IMG/VR virus record: IMGVR_UViG_648276708_000003
DNA length: 64,000 nt
Direction: 5' to 3' (one strand)
From: a virus
Shown here: one piece after another, positions 10,289-18,596 of the stretch
Layout of the letters: each line of letters opens with the position of its first letter
How positions within the stretch are numbered: position 1 is the stretch's first letter
Translations under genes and position numbers: made by a program
The notes under the pieces: model-generated
What the model was told of the DNA's origin: nothing
Database searches by the model: none
What the model saw: the letters and a program-made list of their open reading frames with translations, nothing else

Positions 10289-10669
10289 TTAATCTTGCTT
10301 ATTCTGGTAAAGATCCCAGCGGTTGTCGTAAATGTCCTCAAACACCACGACCATTCCGTAATCCTCCTCGCGCGGCTCCTGGCAGAAGTGGACACCCTTC
10401 GCCTTCATGGCGTTGTAGTCGCGCCAGAAGTCGTTAGTCTGCAGGAACAGGAATACCCGCCCGCCGCACTGATTGCCGATAAAGTCTTCCTGCCGCTCGT
10501 TTGAAGCACGGGCCAGAAGAAGATTACAGTCGCTCTCCGGGTTCGGCGTCACCACAACCCAGCGCTTGCCAGGCTGAGGCGTGTATTCAACCAGCGTAAA
10601 GTCCAGCTTGTCGGTGTTGTACTCAATTGCACGGTCATAGTCGTCGACCACGATGGCCACATAACCCAT
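10289..10669 (-). CDS. VOC/glyoxalase family protein
   Basis: AIVVDDYDRAIE, EPREEDYG.VVVFEDIY.NRWDL. Confidence 0.85.
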   Translation of the reverse strand: MGYVAIVVDDYDRAIEYNTDKLDFTLVEYTPQPGKRWVVVTPNPESDCNLLLARASNERQEDFIGNQCGGRVFLFLQTNDFWRDYNAMKAKGVHFCQEPREEDYGMVVVFEDIYDNRWDLYQNKQD

Positions 10670-10785
10670 GCATCGTTTTTGCGTTCTTATTTTTGCTCCA
10701 TCAGGGTTCAGATACGGCTGTCTTGAAACAACTTTTTAACACAATCTAACTCTACTAGCTGCATAGATGAGGCCAGAATAATAAC

Positions 10786-10850
10786 GTCCGCTTCTGGCAC
10801 ACAGCGGACTTACTGCAGGCTTAGGTCCGTTATGAGCGAGGAGCAGAAGT
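10786..10850 (+). repeat. Cassette-boundary element D (most complete)
   Basis: GTCCGCTTCTGGCACACAGCGGAC-15 nt-GTCCGTTATGAGCGAGGAGCAGAAG. Confidence 0.75.
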
Positions 10851-11005
10851 TGGCGAAGAGAAGAATTTTTAAGTCTAATAATTACTAGAATCGCTGCAAA
10901 TATTACTTACGCGACTTTATTCCTTAGTTTGATAGCTGATTCATATCTTAGAGAGTTAACATTCATAATGATGTAATGGGGTGGTTCATACGGCTGATTC
11001 TTTTG

Positions 11006-11548
11006 TCAAAGGTCCCATTTTTTCCCTTCCACAGATAGTCTGAATTCCATGGGTTCTCCGCAAATGTGTACAGTTGGAGCACCAGGTTCATTCCATCGAA
11101 ACAGATTAAGATGCCAGCCGCCCGGTATTAATCTTGAGCAATCAATAAGTCCATCAGCACCGTAACTACGAGCAAGATCAGAGTTTTTCCATGAAGGTGG
11201 TTCACCATTTACCTGTAATACAGGTATCCATGGCTTTTTTGAAAGCTCTGGATCAATCCCCAACACACTACAAGCCAGTTCATCATTCTGATCCAAGACA
11301 AATGCTTCGTCGATATAGAGTGGAACAACTACGCGTCGAATTCCGTCAGTCCGCATATACCCGGACACAGCCCTTATTGACCACTCTTTTACGGGACTCA
11401 TATAGAGTATAGGCTGTCCAGGGCGATGATACCGCCCGCTACTTTCTGGTTTTGGGAGATCAAGAACATAAGCTAACTTTTCTATGGGAACAGTGCGAAA
11501 AAAATAGCCACTCATTCTTCTCAAAAATTTCTTGTCGGCCTGACTCAT
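11006..11548 (-). CDS. RES domain protein
   Basis: SGRYHRPGQPILYMS, G.DGL...S, W.L.LF motifs. Confidence 0.75.
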   Translation of the reverse strand: MSQADKKFLRRMSGYFFRTVPIEKLAYVLDLPKPESSGRYHRPGQPILYMSPVKEWSIRAVSGYMRTDGIRRVVVPLYIDEAFVLDQNDELACSVLGIDPELSKKPWIPVLQVNGEPPSWKNSDLARSYGADGLIDCSRLIPGGWHLNLFRWNEPGAPTVHICGEPMEFRLSVEGKKWDL

Positions 11549-11627
11549 ATTACCTCACAGAATTAAAAAATCTGCCTTATACGATGAAGGTAAGATGTCC
11601 GATGATGCATATCCAAAGTTACAAAAT

Positions 11628-11685
11628 GTCTGTTAATGGCACAGAGCGGACTATAGGTGCTTAATGCCCGCTATGAGCTAACACA
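11628..11685 (+). repeat. Cassette-boundary element E
   Basis: GTCTGTTAATGGCACAGAGCGGAC-14 nt-GCCCGCTATGAGCTAAC (second half truncated). Confidence 0.7.
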
Positions 11686-11720
11686 CAATGGCCACACCAT
11701 GCGGCGTTTCTTCCCAGCGC

Positions 11721-11741
11721 AAATTACAAACTCCATACAGT
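11721..11741 (+). promoter_or_regulatory. Candidate late promoter (endolysin)
   Basis: AAATTACAAACTCCATACAGT. Confidence 0.65.
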
Positions 11742-11775
11742 CTCGCTCTTCATAAACACATAGAGCGAAATCATC

Positions 11776-12267
11776 ATGGATCAACCCCTAAACCGTAAAG
11801 CCTTTGGCGACATGCTGGCCTTTTCCGAAGGCACAAGCACACACCCATTAACCCGCATGAATGGCTATGACGTCATTGTGACAGGGCTGGGCGAAAAGCA
11901 GGGCGAAGTCTTTACCGACTTCAGCGATCACCCGTTTGCACATCGCCGTGCAAAAGAGCTTAACAGCCATGGCCTGGCATCCACCGCAGCGGGCCGTTAT
12001 CAGCAGCTTTACCGCTACTGGCCTGCCTACAAAAAACAGCTGAACCTGCCTGATTTTAGTCCTGCCTCACAAGAGCGCTTACTCGATCAGCTGCTGAAAG
12101 AGCAGGGTGCTTATGCTGACGTACTGGCCGGACGTATCCGCACGGCAATTGGTAAAACTAACGATATCTGGGCCTCACTGACCGGATCTCCGTATGGTCA
12201 GAAAACGCATGCCATTGAGACGCTACTCAATGCCTACCAGAAAGCCGGAGGTGTAATTACCGACTAA
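11776..12267 (+). CDS. Endolysin, lambda R-type lytic transglycosylase
   Basis: KAF.DMLA.SEGT, GYDVIV.G, STAAGRYQ.L, DFSP.SQ, WASL.GSPYGQ. Confidence 0.9.
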   Translation: MDQPLNRKAFGDMLAFSEGTSTHPLTRMNGYDVIVTGLGEKQGEVFTDFSDHPFAHRRAKELNSHGLASTAAGRYQQLYRYWPAYKKQLNLPDFSPASQERLLDQLLKEQGAYADVLAGRIRTAIGKTNDIWASLTGSPYGQKTHAIETLLNAYQKAGGVITD

Positions 12268-13190
12268 CAGCCGCGCCAGCCTTCAGGGATCGCATAGTCA
12301 ACTTTTGAGTAGTCGCCGCTTAACGAGTCAACATAGCGGCGGCTTTTTTGCTTCCTGCCACAAGTAGACTTTGCCCTGAACGTAGACTTCAGTGCCTGAT
12401 AGGCTTCATGCAGTACTCCGCCTTTTCGCTGAAACTCTTCTGCGCTTCGTTCGTTCTGCGCTGCTGACGATGCTGCTGCCAGTTGCTGTTGCGTGTTCTG
12501 GTAGAACCCGAACTTTTTCACGGAGGCCGGTTGTTCTTCTGCTAATTTTTCAACCTCAGAATTTAATGCCTCCCCATTTTGTATTTTTCTTTTACTGGAG
12601 AGATCTCTTACTTCTTGTTGGTCAGTTTGACTAGGGGCAACCTGTTCATTCTGACTAGGGGTTTTGTGGATAAAATCGTTTTTAAAGAATGCCTTAGCGA
12701 TAATTCTCCGGACTAAGTTCTGACGTCCGGACGGCTTCAGATTTGCCTCTTTCAGTGCATCCAGACTGGCCCGGATAAAGGCCAGTGCTTTATTAGTAAA
12801 CGTGTACTTGCTGGGTTTGCTAACGCTGTGATTTTTCTCGTCGCGCTGCTCTTCATAGCTGAGGATTCCCAGCTTAACGGCAGCACGATAAGCACGCTGA
12901 ACGGTGGAGATACTGCAACCGGCTTCTTCAGCCAGATTCCTGAGCGATTTGATGATGATGAAATCGGACGTAGAACCGGCCAGATTGCAGGCGAATTTTA
13001 AAACACGGGTAACTGACTTCGGGAGGGGGGAAAGTTCGATAATGTGGGTGAGATCAAAGCCTGTAATTCGGACAGATCTGTGCTCGTTATTTGAGCGAAA
13101 TGCGGGAAAGGTGTTGCCGGGATCGGCGCTATTAGCTACTATAGGCACAGTTGTTCTCCATGAGACAACAGGTGCAATACCTGGCGTCAT
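12264..13190 (-). CDS. repL: Lytic replication initiator RepL
   Basis: HTH (LAEEAGCSISTVQRAYRAAVKLGIL) and C-terminal IPEGWRG match recalled P1 RepL. Confidence 0.85.
   Translation of the reverse strand: MTPGIAPVVSWRTTVPIVANSADPGNTFPAFRSNNEHRSVRITGFDLTHIIELSPLPKSVTRVLKFACNLAGSTSDFIIIKSLRNLAEEAGCSISTVQRAYRAAVKLGILSYEEQRDEKNHSVSKPSKYTFTNKALAFIRASLDALKEANLKPSGRQNLVRRIIAKAFFKNDFIHKTPSQNEQVAPSQTDQQEVRDLSSKRKIQNGEALNSEVEKLAEEQPASVKKFGFYQNTQQQLAAASSAAQNERSAEEFQRKGGVLHEAYQALKSTFRAKSTCGRKQKSRRYVDSLSGDYSKVDYAIPEGWRGC
12312..12349 (+). terminator. Intrinsic terminator after endolysin
   Basis: GTCGCCGCT..AGCGGCGGC followed by T6. Confidence 0.55.
12628..12673. other. Candidate oriL within repL
   Basis: Two TGACTAGGGG repeats plus DnaA box TTATCCACA (minus strand); P1 oriL lies inside repL. 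Confidence 0.45.
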
Positions 13191-13272
13191 AATGGTTTAA
13201 GGTCAACTTCCGTTCAAAGAAGTTATACGGCACAACGCCGGTGTGGTTGTCAGAGACCACACAAAGTTGTTT

Positions 13273-13339
13273 AAAAATCGTCTGCGTCAACAGGCGATTT
13301 TTTTTCGTCCTCACATTCAGTCGCCAAACTGAATTTGAG
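13273..13339 (-). promoter_or_regulatory. Structured repL leader: two hairpins with TTGGCG and TTGACG loops
   Basis: CTCAAATTCAGT-TTGGCG-ACTGAATGTGAG and AAATCGCCTG-TTGACG-CAGACGATTT on the mRNA strand. Confidence 0.55.
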
Positions 13340-13450
13340 CGCGGATAATAAACGCGATCCGATAAAGGATCAACACTCAGTTTTTTCCTAATTTTTAGTT
13401 TTGACTAAAACGTGCCCCAGTTTTCAGGGCACGATTTCTTTTTCCCCTTC

Positions 13451-14452
13451 TTATCGTGTGTTAATCCACAGCAGCGGTGCTGAGTCCACGGCTGGCGGGC
13501 GCGTCTCTGGTAATGTGTGCTGGTGGGCGGTTCCGATCGGCAGCGTGGCCGTAGCATTTGTACCGATTGATTCCAGCATTGCCGCGACGATCTGCGCGTC
13601 TTCCGGCGTGTCCATCCGGCATAGTGCCGCCTGCTGGGCTTTACTTAAAAACAGCGGCATGTTAGCCAGCGCATCCTTCATAATCCGGCGGCGCGCCTTT
13701 GCAACAGTACCCGCACTCTCGATCATCAGCTGCGCGTTGCGCAGACGTTCCTCCAGCTCCAGACGCTTTCCATGCTCGATGTGAAGCGCAGATTCCATCA
13801 GCAAAGAATCCGTAGACTCCAGCACTGCCGCCTGGCCGCGCAGGGTTTCAAAATGCTGGATAATGTCGGCCGCCTGGTTCTCCGAATACCCCTTTTCAAT
13901 CAGGACCGCGTGCATAGCGTCAGCGCGTTCGCTGGCCGACTCCAGCAGCAGAGCAGGGTGATCCTGACTGATGTAGTTTGGATTGGTCACATAATCGAAG
14001 CCGTGGAAGCTGGTCACTTTGGAAATGGCGTTATCATCACCGCCAGTCGCCCACGACCAGCCACCAGCGCGAGAACGGTTCATGCCGTCAACGATGTTGC
14101 CAGGCTCAGTGTCCAGAATCTCCTGAACGTGAGTCACAATGCCGTTATCGTCCACGCTGACATCCAGCGTACGGTTAGACGGTACGTTTTCCAGCGTCAC
14201 CGGCTTCCCGTCAACCATGACAACCGCAAATTCCGGCAGATTGAGCCGCCCGGTCTTAGCGTAATAGGCGGCGCGACGTCCGTGGCCGTAATATCCGAAC
14301 ATTTCCCCCAGCTGGATTCTCTCCAGAGTTTCGGGGCTGGCGAACGTCTCGCGGACAGAGCGCAGCAGGTAGTTGCGATCATTCTGTGGAGTAAATCGAC
14401 GAATTTTATCAATCAATGAAAAACGATCCGTCACCGTGCGGAGTGCTTCCAT
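13451..14452 (-). CDS. pro: Pro, prohead processing protein
   Basis: TVTDRFSL, GYYGHGRR, GGWSWA motifs resemble P1 Pro; near prt. Confidence 0.75.
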   Translation of the reverse strand: MEALRTVTDRFSLIDKIRRFTPQNDRNYLLRSVRETFASPETLERIQLGEMFGYYGHGRRAAYYAKTGRLNLPEFAVVMVDGKPVTLENVPSNRTLDVSVDDNGIVTHVQEILDTEPGNIVDGMNRSRAGGWSWATGGDDNAISKVTSFHGFDYVTNPNYISQDHPALLLESASERADAMHAVLIEKGYSENQAADIIQHFETLRGQAAVLESTDSLLMESALHIEHGKRLELEERLRNAQLMIESAGTVAKARRRIMKDALANMPLFLSKAQQAALCRMDTPEDAQIVAAMLESIGTNATATLPIGTAHQHTLPETRPPAVDSAPLLWINTR

Positions 14453-14522
14453 AAATACCTCATATTCACAGGGTTATGCCCCGCAGAGCGGCGGCAGCGC
14501 TGGCGATAGCCTGCGTGAAAAG

Positions 14523-14543
14523 ATGGTAGGGAGGTTGTAATTT
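14523..14543 (-). promoter_or_regulatory. Candidate late promoter (pro)
   Basis: Minus strand AAATTACAACCTCCCTACCAT. Confidence 0.6.
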
Positions 14544-14610
14544 GTCAGGGTAGCGATTCTTCGATTATCAGTGGATCTAATAACCAGTGGATAATTTCAC
14601 ATTAGAAATA

Positions 14611-14638
14611 TTGAATTTATCCGCGCCGGGGATATAGT
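14611..14638 (+). promoter_or_regulatory. Sigma70 promoter of C4 locus
   Basis: TTGAAT-16-TATAGT. Confidence 0.55.
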
Positions 14639-14745
14639 GTGCGCGCCACTGTAAAACAGTGGTCGGGATTGGAACCCCGAACGAATGTACGAGGAGGCAC
14701 TTAGTGCCTCCGGCGCTACCACGTCTGGAGTTTGCCAGATGTTTC

Positions 14746-14828
14746 AATGGTGGCGTTGGTGGGGCTACCTTCGGGTAGGCCGGTTTTCTTGTGCACCGGT
14801 AGTTCCAACCCTGTCAACGTCACCACCC
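14746..14828 (+). ncRNA. c4: C4-type antisense RNA (P1 c4 / P4 CI family)
   Basis: Closing stem GGTGGCGTTG/CAACGTCACC, CTACC-TTCG-GGTAG hairpin, GTTCCAACCC guide; target sites CGGGATTGGAACCCCG (14664-14679) and GGAGATTGGAACCTCC (14829-14844). Confidence 0.8.
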
Positions 14829-14879
14829 GGAGATTGGAACCTCCCGTTGTGACGCGCCTCAAAGCACAGGGAGCATTTC

Positions 14880-15137
14880 ATGTCTGATATCCCCGACACG
14901 CCACCCTAGGCGGAAACAGGTTTCAACCACGCCATGACAGCTATCAGCCAGACGGACAGTAATATCTGTCGTCATACCAAATGGGGCGATACACCTGTTC
15001 ATGTATTCACTGAAATAGACGCTGACAGTCAGAGGCAGTTTATTGTCATGAGCGAGTTAGGTGTACTGTCTTTTTATGATCCTACTCCTGACGACATTAT
15101 TTCAGCTGACTGGAGAGTTATTTCGCTGCTACACTGA
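14880..15137 (+). pseudogene. DUF2829/Tad2-like small protein; TAG at codon 10, or intact 67-aa product from ATG 14934
   Basis: GFNHAM.AI...ICRH.KWG...Y.PTPDDIISADW.V; RBS-ATG at 14880 is in frame with 14934. Confidence 0.55.
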
Positions 15138-15368
15138 AGCGTCATGATTTTGCTTATGGTTGAGATATCAGGTCCGGTTCAGGTTGCGCCCGTTAATTTA
15201 CTTTGATTAACTCTGCACGCCTGGGATTCTCATTCGGGTACGTAAAATTTAGTGCCAGGCTGAATTTACAGCCTCCATACCCGCAGACCAACTACCAATA
15301 ATAATAATAATCAATATCATTATCTTTCTCCTGTTTAAACAGGATCAATACTGCATAAAGGAATTAGC

Positions 15369-15815
15369 ATGTTAGAGGCTAAGAAATACTATGTCTGCTT
15401 TCACCATGAAAGCGGTATTCTGATGCACCGTGAAGGCTGTAAACTTCTCCCAAAAACGCCTGAAAGCCGGATATTTATCGGCACGCTCTACACCACGCAA
15501 CAAGCAATGACTGTGGCACTGGGCCATCACAGTAGTTCTGAGCGATGCCCGGAATGTTTAAAAATCCAGAATCCTGAAGAAAAAGACTCCCGCAAAGAGC
15601 GGCTGCTTAATCTCAGTCAGAAACCTAAAAAGAGGCCTGCGCCCAAAGCAAAGAAGGCGATAGCGACGCAAGCATGCCAGCCTGTTAAGCCTGCTGCTCC
15701 ACTGATGAAACAGGCAATTGCGCGGGAGCAGGCCGGTCCGCAGCAGGTTGTGAAAATTAAAAAAGGTGTTGAGGCTGTTGCTGTGCAACATTTTGTTTAT
15801 AACTGGCCTAATTAG
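15369..15815 (+). CDS. Putative Zn-binding protein (H..C, CxxC) with Lys/Pro-rich tail
   Basis: YYV..H..GILMHREGC.LLP...RIFIG...CPEC. Confidence 0.65.
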   Translation: MLEAKKYYVCFHHESGILMHREGCKLLPKTPESRIFIGTLYTTQQAMTVALGHHSSSERCPECLKIQNPEEKDSRKERLLNLSQKPKKRPAPKAKKAIATQACQPVKPAAPLMKQAIAREQAGPQQVVKIKKGVEAVAVQHFVYNWPN

Positions 15816-16406
15816 CTGCATCCAATATCGCAAAGCAGCTTACTGAAAAGTGGCTGTCTGTAACCGCACAAAGGCTTACTCAAGTGCGGTTTTTTTTGCC
15901 TGCAATTAAGATGTTATTAAGCATAAACATAATAACCCTTAATAATAATTTTTGGTGTTAACTAAACAGGAAGCAATAATTTTAATGATCAGGGTAAAAT
16001 TACCTCTTGTTTTATTTAATGAGTTTAGGTAGGACGATAAAATGCAATGCAGTAAAATTGATTTTTACATGGCTTTTTTAGCCTGGCATGATTCTCATTA
16101 GATATACTGAATTGGCTATAACTTTCCGATGTGAAGATTGAAATTCAGGGATTTACATGCCACTAAGTGATTGCATTGTAAGCAATGCAAATGGTGATTA
16201 GGACAGGATAAATATAGAGTTCACTAAAAAATGTTTTAAAATTAAAACCAGAGTGCTAAATTTTGTTAACGCAGACGAGCTAATGTGAAAAAGTTTGATA
16301 TATAAATTTTACATAGACACGACTGCGGCTATCACGGATTATGGATAATTACGAATAGCAACAACTCTGAATGGTACTTCCATTACACGCAGCAAAAGGA
16401 TATGGC

Positions 16407-16673
16407 ATGTACAGCGCCATAAAGTTCTACGTCAGTGACCACGGTAACAGCGGGTTACTGCTGCACCGGATTGACTGTCCCCGGCTACCCGCTAAGGAAG
16501 GCAGGACATTTATTGGCAGCTGTCATTCACTGTTACAGGCACTGAGCGTGGCAAAAAGAAGTTACAAAGGGGTGATGCCGTGTCCATACTGCGCGGCACT
16601 TCCTGAGATAAATGCAGCTGAATCTGATGCGTCTGTTTTATTAAACACCGCCCGAAAGCCGCAGAAAAAATAA
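16407..16673 (+). CDS. Putative Zn-binding protein, paralogue of 15369-15815
   Basis: FYV..H...GLLLHRIDCP.LP...RTFIG...CPYC; start could be 16371. Confidence 0.65.
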   Translation: MYSAIKFYVSDHGNSGLLLHRIDCPRLPAKEGRTFIGSCHSLLQALSVAKRSYKGVMPCPYCAALPEINAAESDASVLLNTARKPQKK

Positions 16674-16769
16674 GCTGCCTGTCAGTCTCTCTGGGTTATT
16701 GATTTACAGGACGGCTAAATATTACTCTTATTTCACATCATTCCGTATCGCATTGATAAGGCGTTTATC

Positions 16770-16808
16770 AACCGCACATCCCCCTGGATGTGGTGTGCGG
16801 TTTTTTTT
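16770..16808. terminator. Terminator between convergent units
   Basis: AACCGCAC..GTGCGGTT followed by T run. Confidence 0.6.
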
Positions 16809-16816
16809 AACGCTGG

Positions 16817-18517
16817 TCAGTTGTCGGGTGTTGTCACATAACGGGCAAATGTCACCAGCTCGTCATGCGTCCAGCTTTCCGGATCCGAACCGCCAGGCGC
16901 TGATTCATTCATCATGCTGCCATTACCGCCTTCCTCATCCTGCGCGTCCGCCTTCTTCCTGCTCTTCTCAAACTCCGCCAGCATTTTGTCGAGCGTGCCG
17001 CCGTCCATTTTCAGCTGATCGCTGAACAGGTAACGCATAAACGTGTCGTTCTCCGCCAGCTTGTTATTGGCCTGCAGCGCGTCCATAACCTGCACCATCA
17101 GGGTAATGAAGTTGGCGCGGGCGTCCAGTTCGCGGCTTTCCTCTTCCTGAATGGCGGTGTTCATGGAGTTAAACTGCACCACGTAGGGGCGGTCATTGAC
17201 CGGGTACACCTTGCCGTATTTGAACGCCAGGTGAATGTCGATCAGCCGGTAAATCATTTCCTGTGCGCCCTGGCGCAGCCACTGCGCCCGGAGTGCCGCC
17301 TGAATAGCCGTCTGTATCCAGCCGCCTTCACCCAGCCCGCCTGCCATCTGATCGGCCCAGCCCAGCATAGTCGAGTCGATACCGAGTGCGGCACACAGCT
17401 GGCGCAGGTGAAACATTACGTCCTCGATGCCGGTAATGTCAGCTGGTATCGACTGCGTGTCGATCGTAATTCCGTTCTTGCCGTCACCCATCACCGGGAT
17501 CACATGGTTCATCACGGTTGGCATAGTGTTGCCGTTCACCGCTTTTTTCTGGAGTGCTTCGCCGTGGCGCTTGAGCGTCTGCGACACGGTGCGGGTGTAA
17601 TTCGCGCCGACGACTGGATCGAGTGAGTTGGTTGTCAGGGCTATCAGGCGGTCAATTTTGGCGGCGTTGTAACGCGTTGCCTTCAGCGCATTCAGCGCGC
17701 CGACCAGATTCAGGAAAGGCTCATAGGCATGCGCCAGGAAGCTGGTACCGTAGTTCTGCGTTTCCGCAACTTCCTTATCGTCTTCCTCCGACAGCAGCGA
17801 GTAGCCGCGATTTCCGGACGTCACCGGCTGAACATTGCGCGTGGGCGTCCAGTACGGGTTTTTCATCGGGACCAGCGACCACGGCGTAGACAGCGTACGG
17901 GTGTGGGTATCAGGTGCCAGCACGTAATCGCCGCCGAAGCCCACCAGCTGATCGCCTTTGTAAAACTCCTGAATGAAGTAGGGCAGCGAGTAATAGCTGT
18001 TTTCCAGGCTGGTGATCCCCTTGCCGGTACGGGCATAGGGGCGGACATAGGAGACACCGAAAATCGCCATGGTCATAGCCAGCGACGGCAGATGCCGGTT
18101 AATCATCGCGCCGAGATCATCCTGTAGCTCTTTAGCCCGTGCCGCGCCTTCGGCGTCGGACGGATCAACCGGCACGATTGAGAACGCCAAGCCGGTTTTT
18201 TTGTCCGGCGCGAGTGCGTGGCCAATGTGGATATTCAGCGCGGCTGAGCACGTCGGACTATTAGCCATTTCCTCCAGAATCGCATAACGCTGCAGCCGGT
18301 CCAGCGGCAGCTCCGCGCCCAAGTAAAGACTGTCACCGGCAGAGGTCATTTCCCCCGCCTTTCCCTCGTTATATGCCATTGCCGCCAGCCCGGAGCGAGA
18401 GACAACCACGTTTTGCCCGTTAGTCCATGCCAGGCTTTGCGGTGCTTCAGTCGTCGCGCCCCGGAATGCCTGCCTCAGTGCGCCTAAAACAGACAATGCC
18501 TTTTTTTTAGTAGCCAA
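16817..18517 (-). CDS. prt: Portal protein Prt
   Basis: 566 aa, TTG start; motifs and divergent arrangement with darB as in P1. Confidence 0.8.
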   Translation of the reverse strand: MATKKKALSVLGALRQAFRGATTEAPQSLAWTNGQNVVVSRSGLAAMAYNEGKAGEMTSAGDSLYLGAELPLDRLQRYAILEEMANSPTCSAALNIHIGHALAPDKKTGLAFSIVPVDPSDAEGAARAKELQDDLGAMINRHLPSLAMTMAIFGVSYVRPYARTGKGITSLENSYYSLPYFIQEFYKGDQLVGFGGDYVLAPDTHTRTLSTPWSLVPMKNPYWTPTRNVQPVTSGNRGYSLLSEEDDKEVAETQNYGTSFLAHAYEPFLNLVGALNALKATRYNAAKIDRLIALTTNSLDPVVGANYTRTVSQTLKRHGEALQKKAVNGNTMPTVMNHVIPVMGDGKNGITIDTQSIPADITGIEDVMFHLRQLCAALGIDSTMLGWADQMAGGLGEGGWIQTAIQAALRAQWLRQGAQEMIYRLIDIHLAFKYGKVYPVNDRPYVVQFNSMNTAIQEEESRELDARANFITLMVQVMDALQANNKLAENDTFMRYLFSDQLKMDGGTLDKMLAEFEKSRKKADAQDEEGGNGSMMNESAPGGSDPESWTHDELVTFARYVTTPDN

Positions 18518-18530
18518 AGTTATACGCCCT

Positions 18531-18550
18531 ATTTAATAAACATTTAGAAT
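18531..18550 (-). promoter_or_regulatory. Candidate C1-like operator
   Basis: Minus strand ATTCTAA-ATGTTTAT-TAAAT. Confidence 0.4.
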
Positions 18551-18596
18551 CAAATAAAGCATATTCGCTTTATGCAATCTGAGGGAAAGTTACACA

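Noticed and set aside
8716-11685. Classical integron attC sites
   Set aside because: No RYYYAAC/GTTRRRY ends, no intI, and genes lie on both strands
16171-16190. TTGCATTG-TAAG-CAATGCAA palindrome
   Set aside because: Single occurrence in an AT-rich spacer; no supporting context
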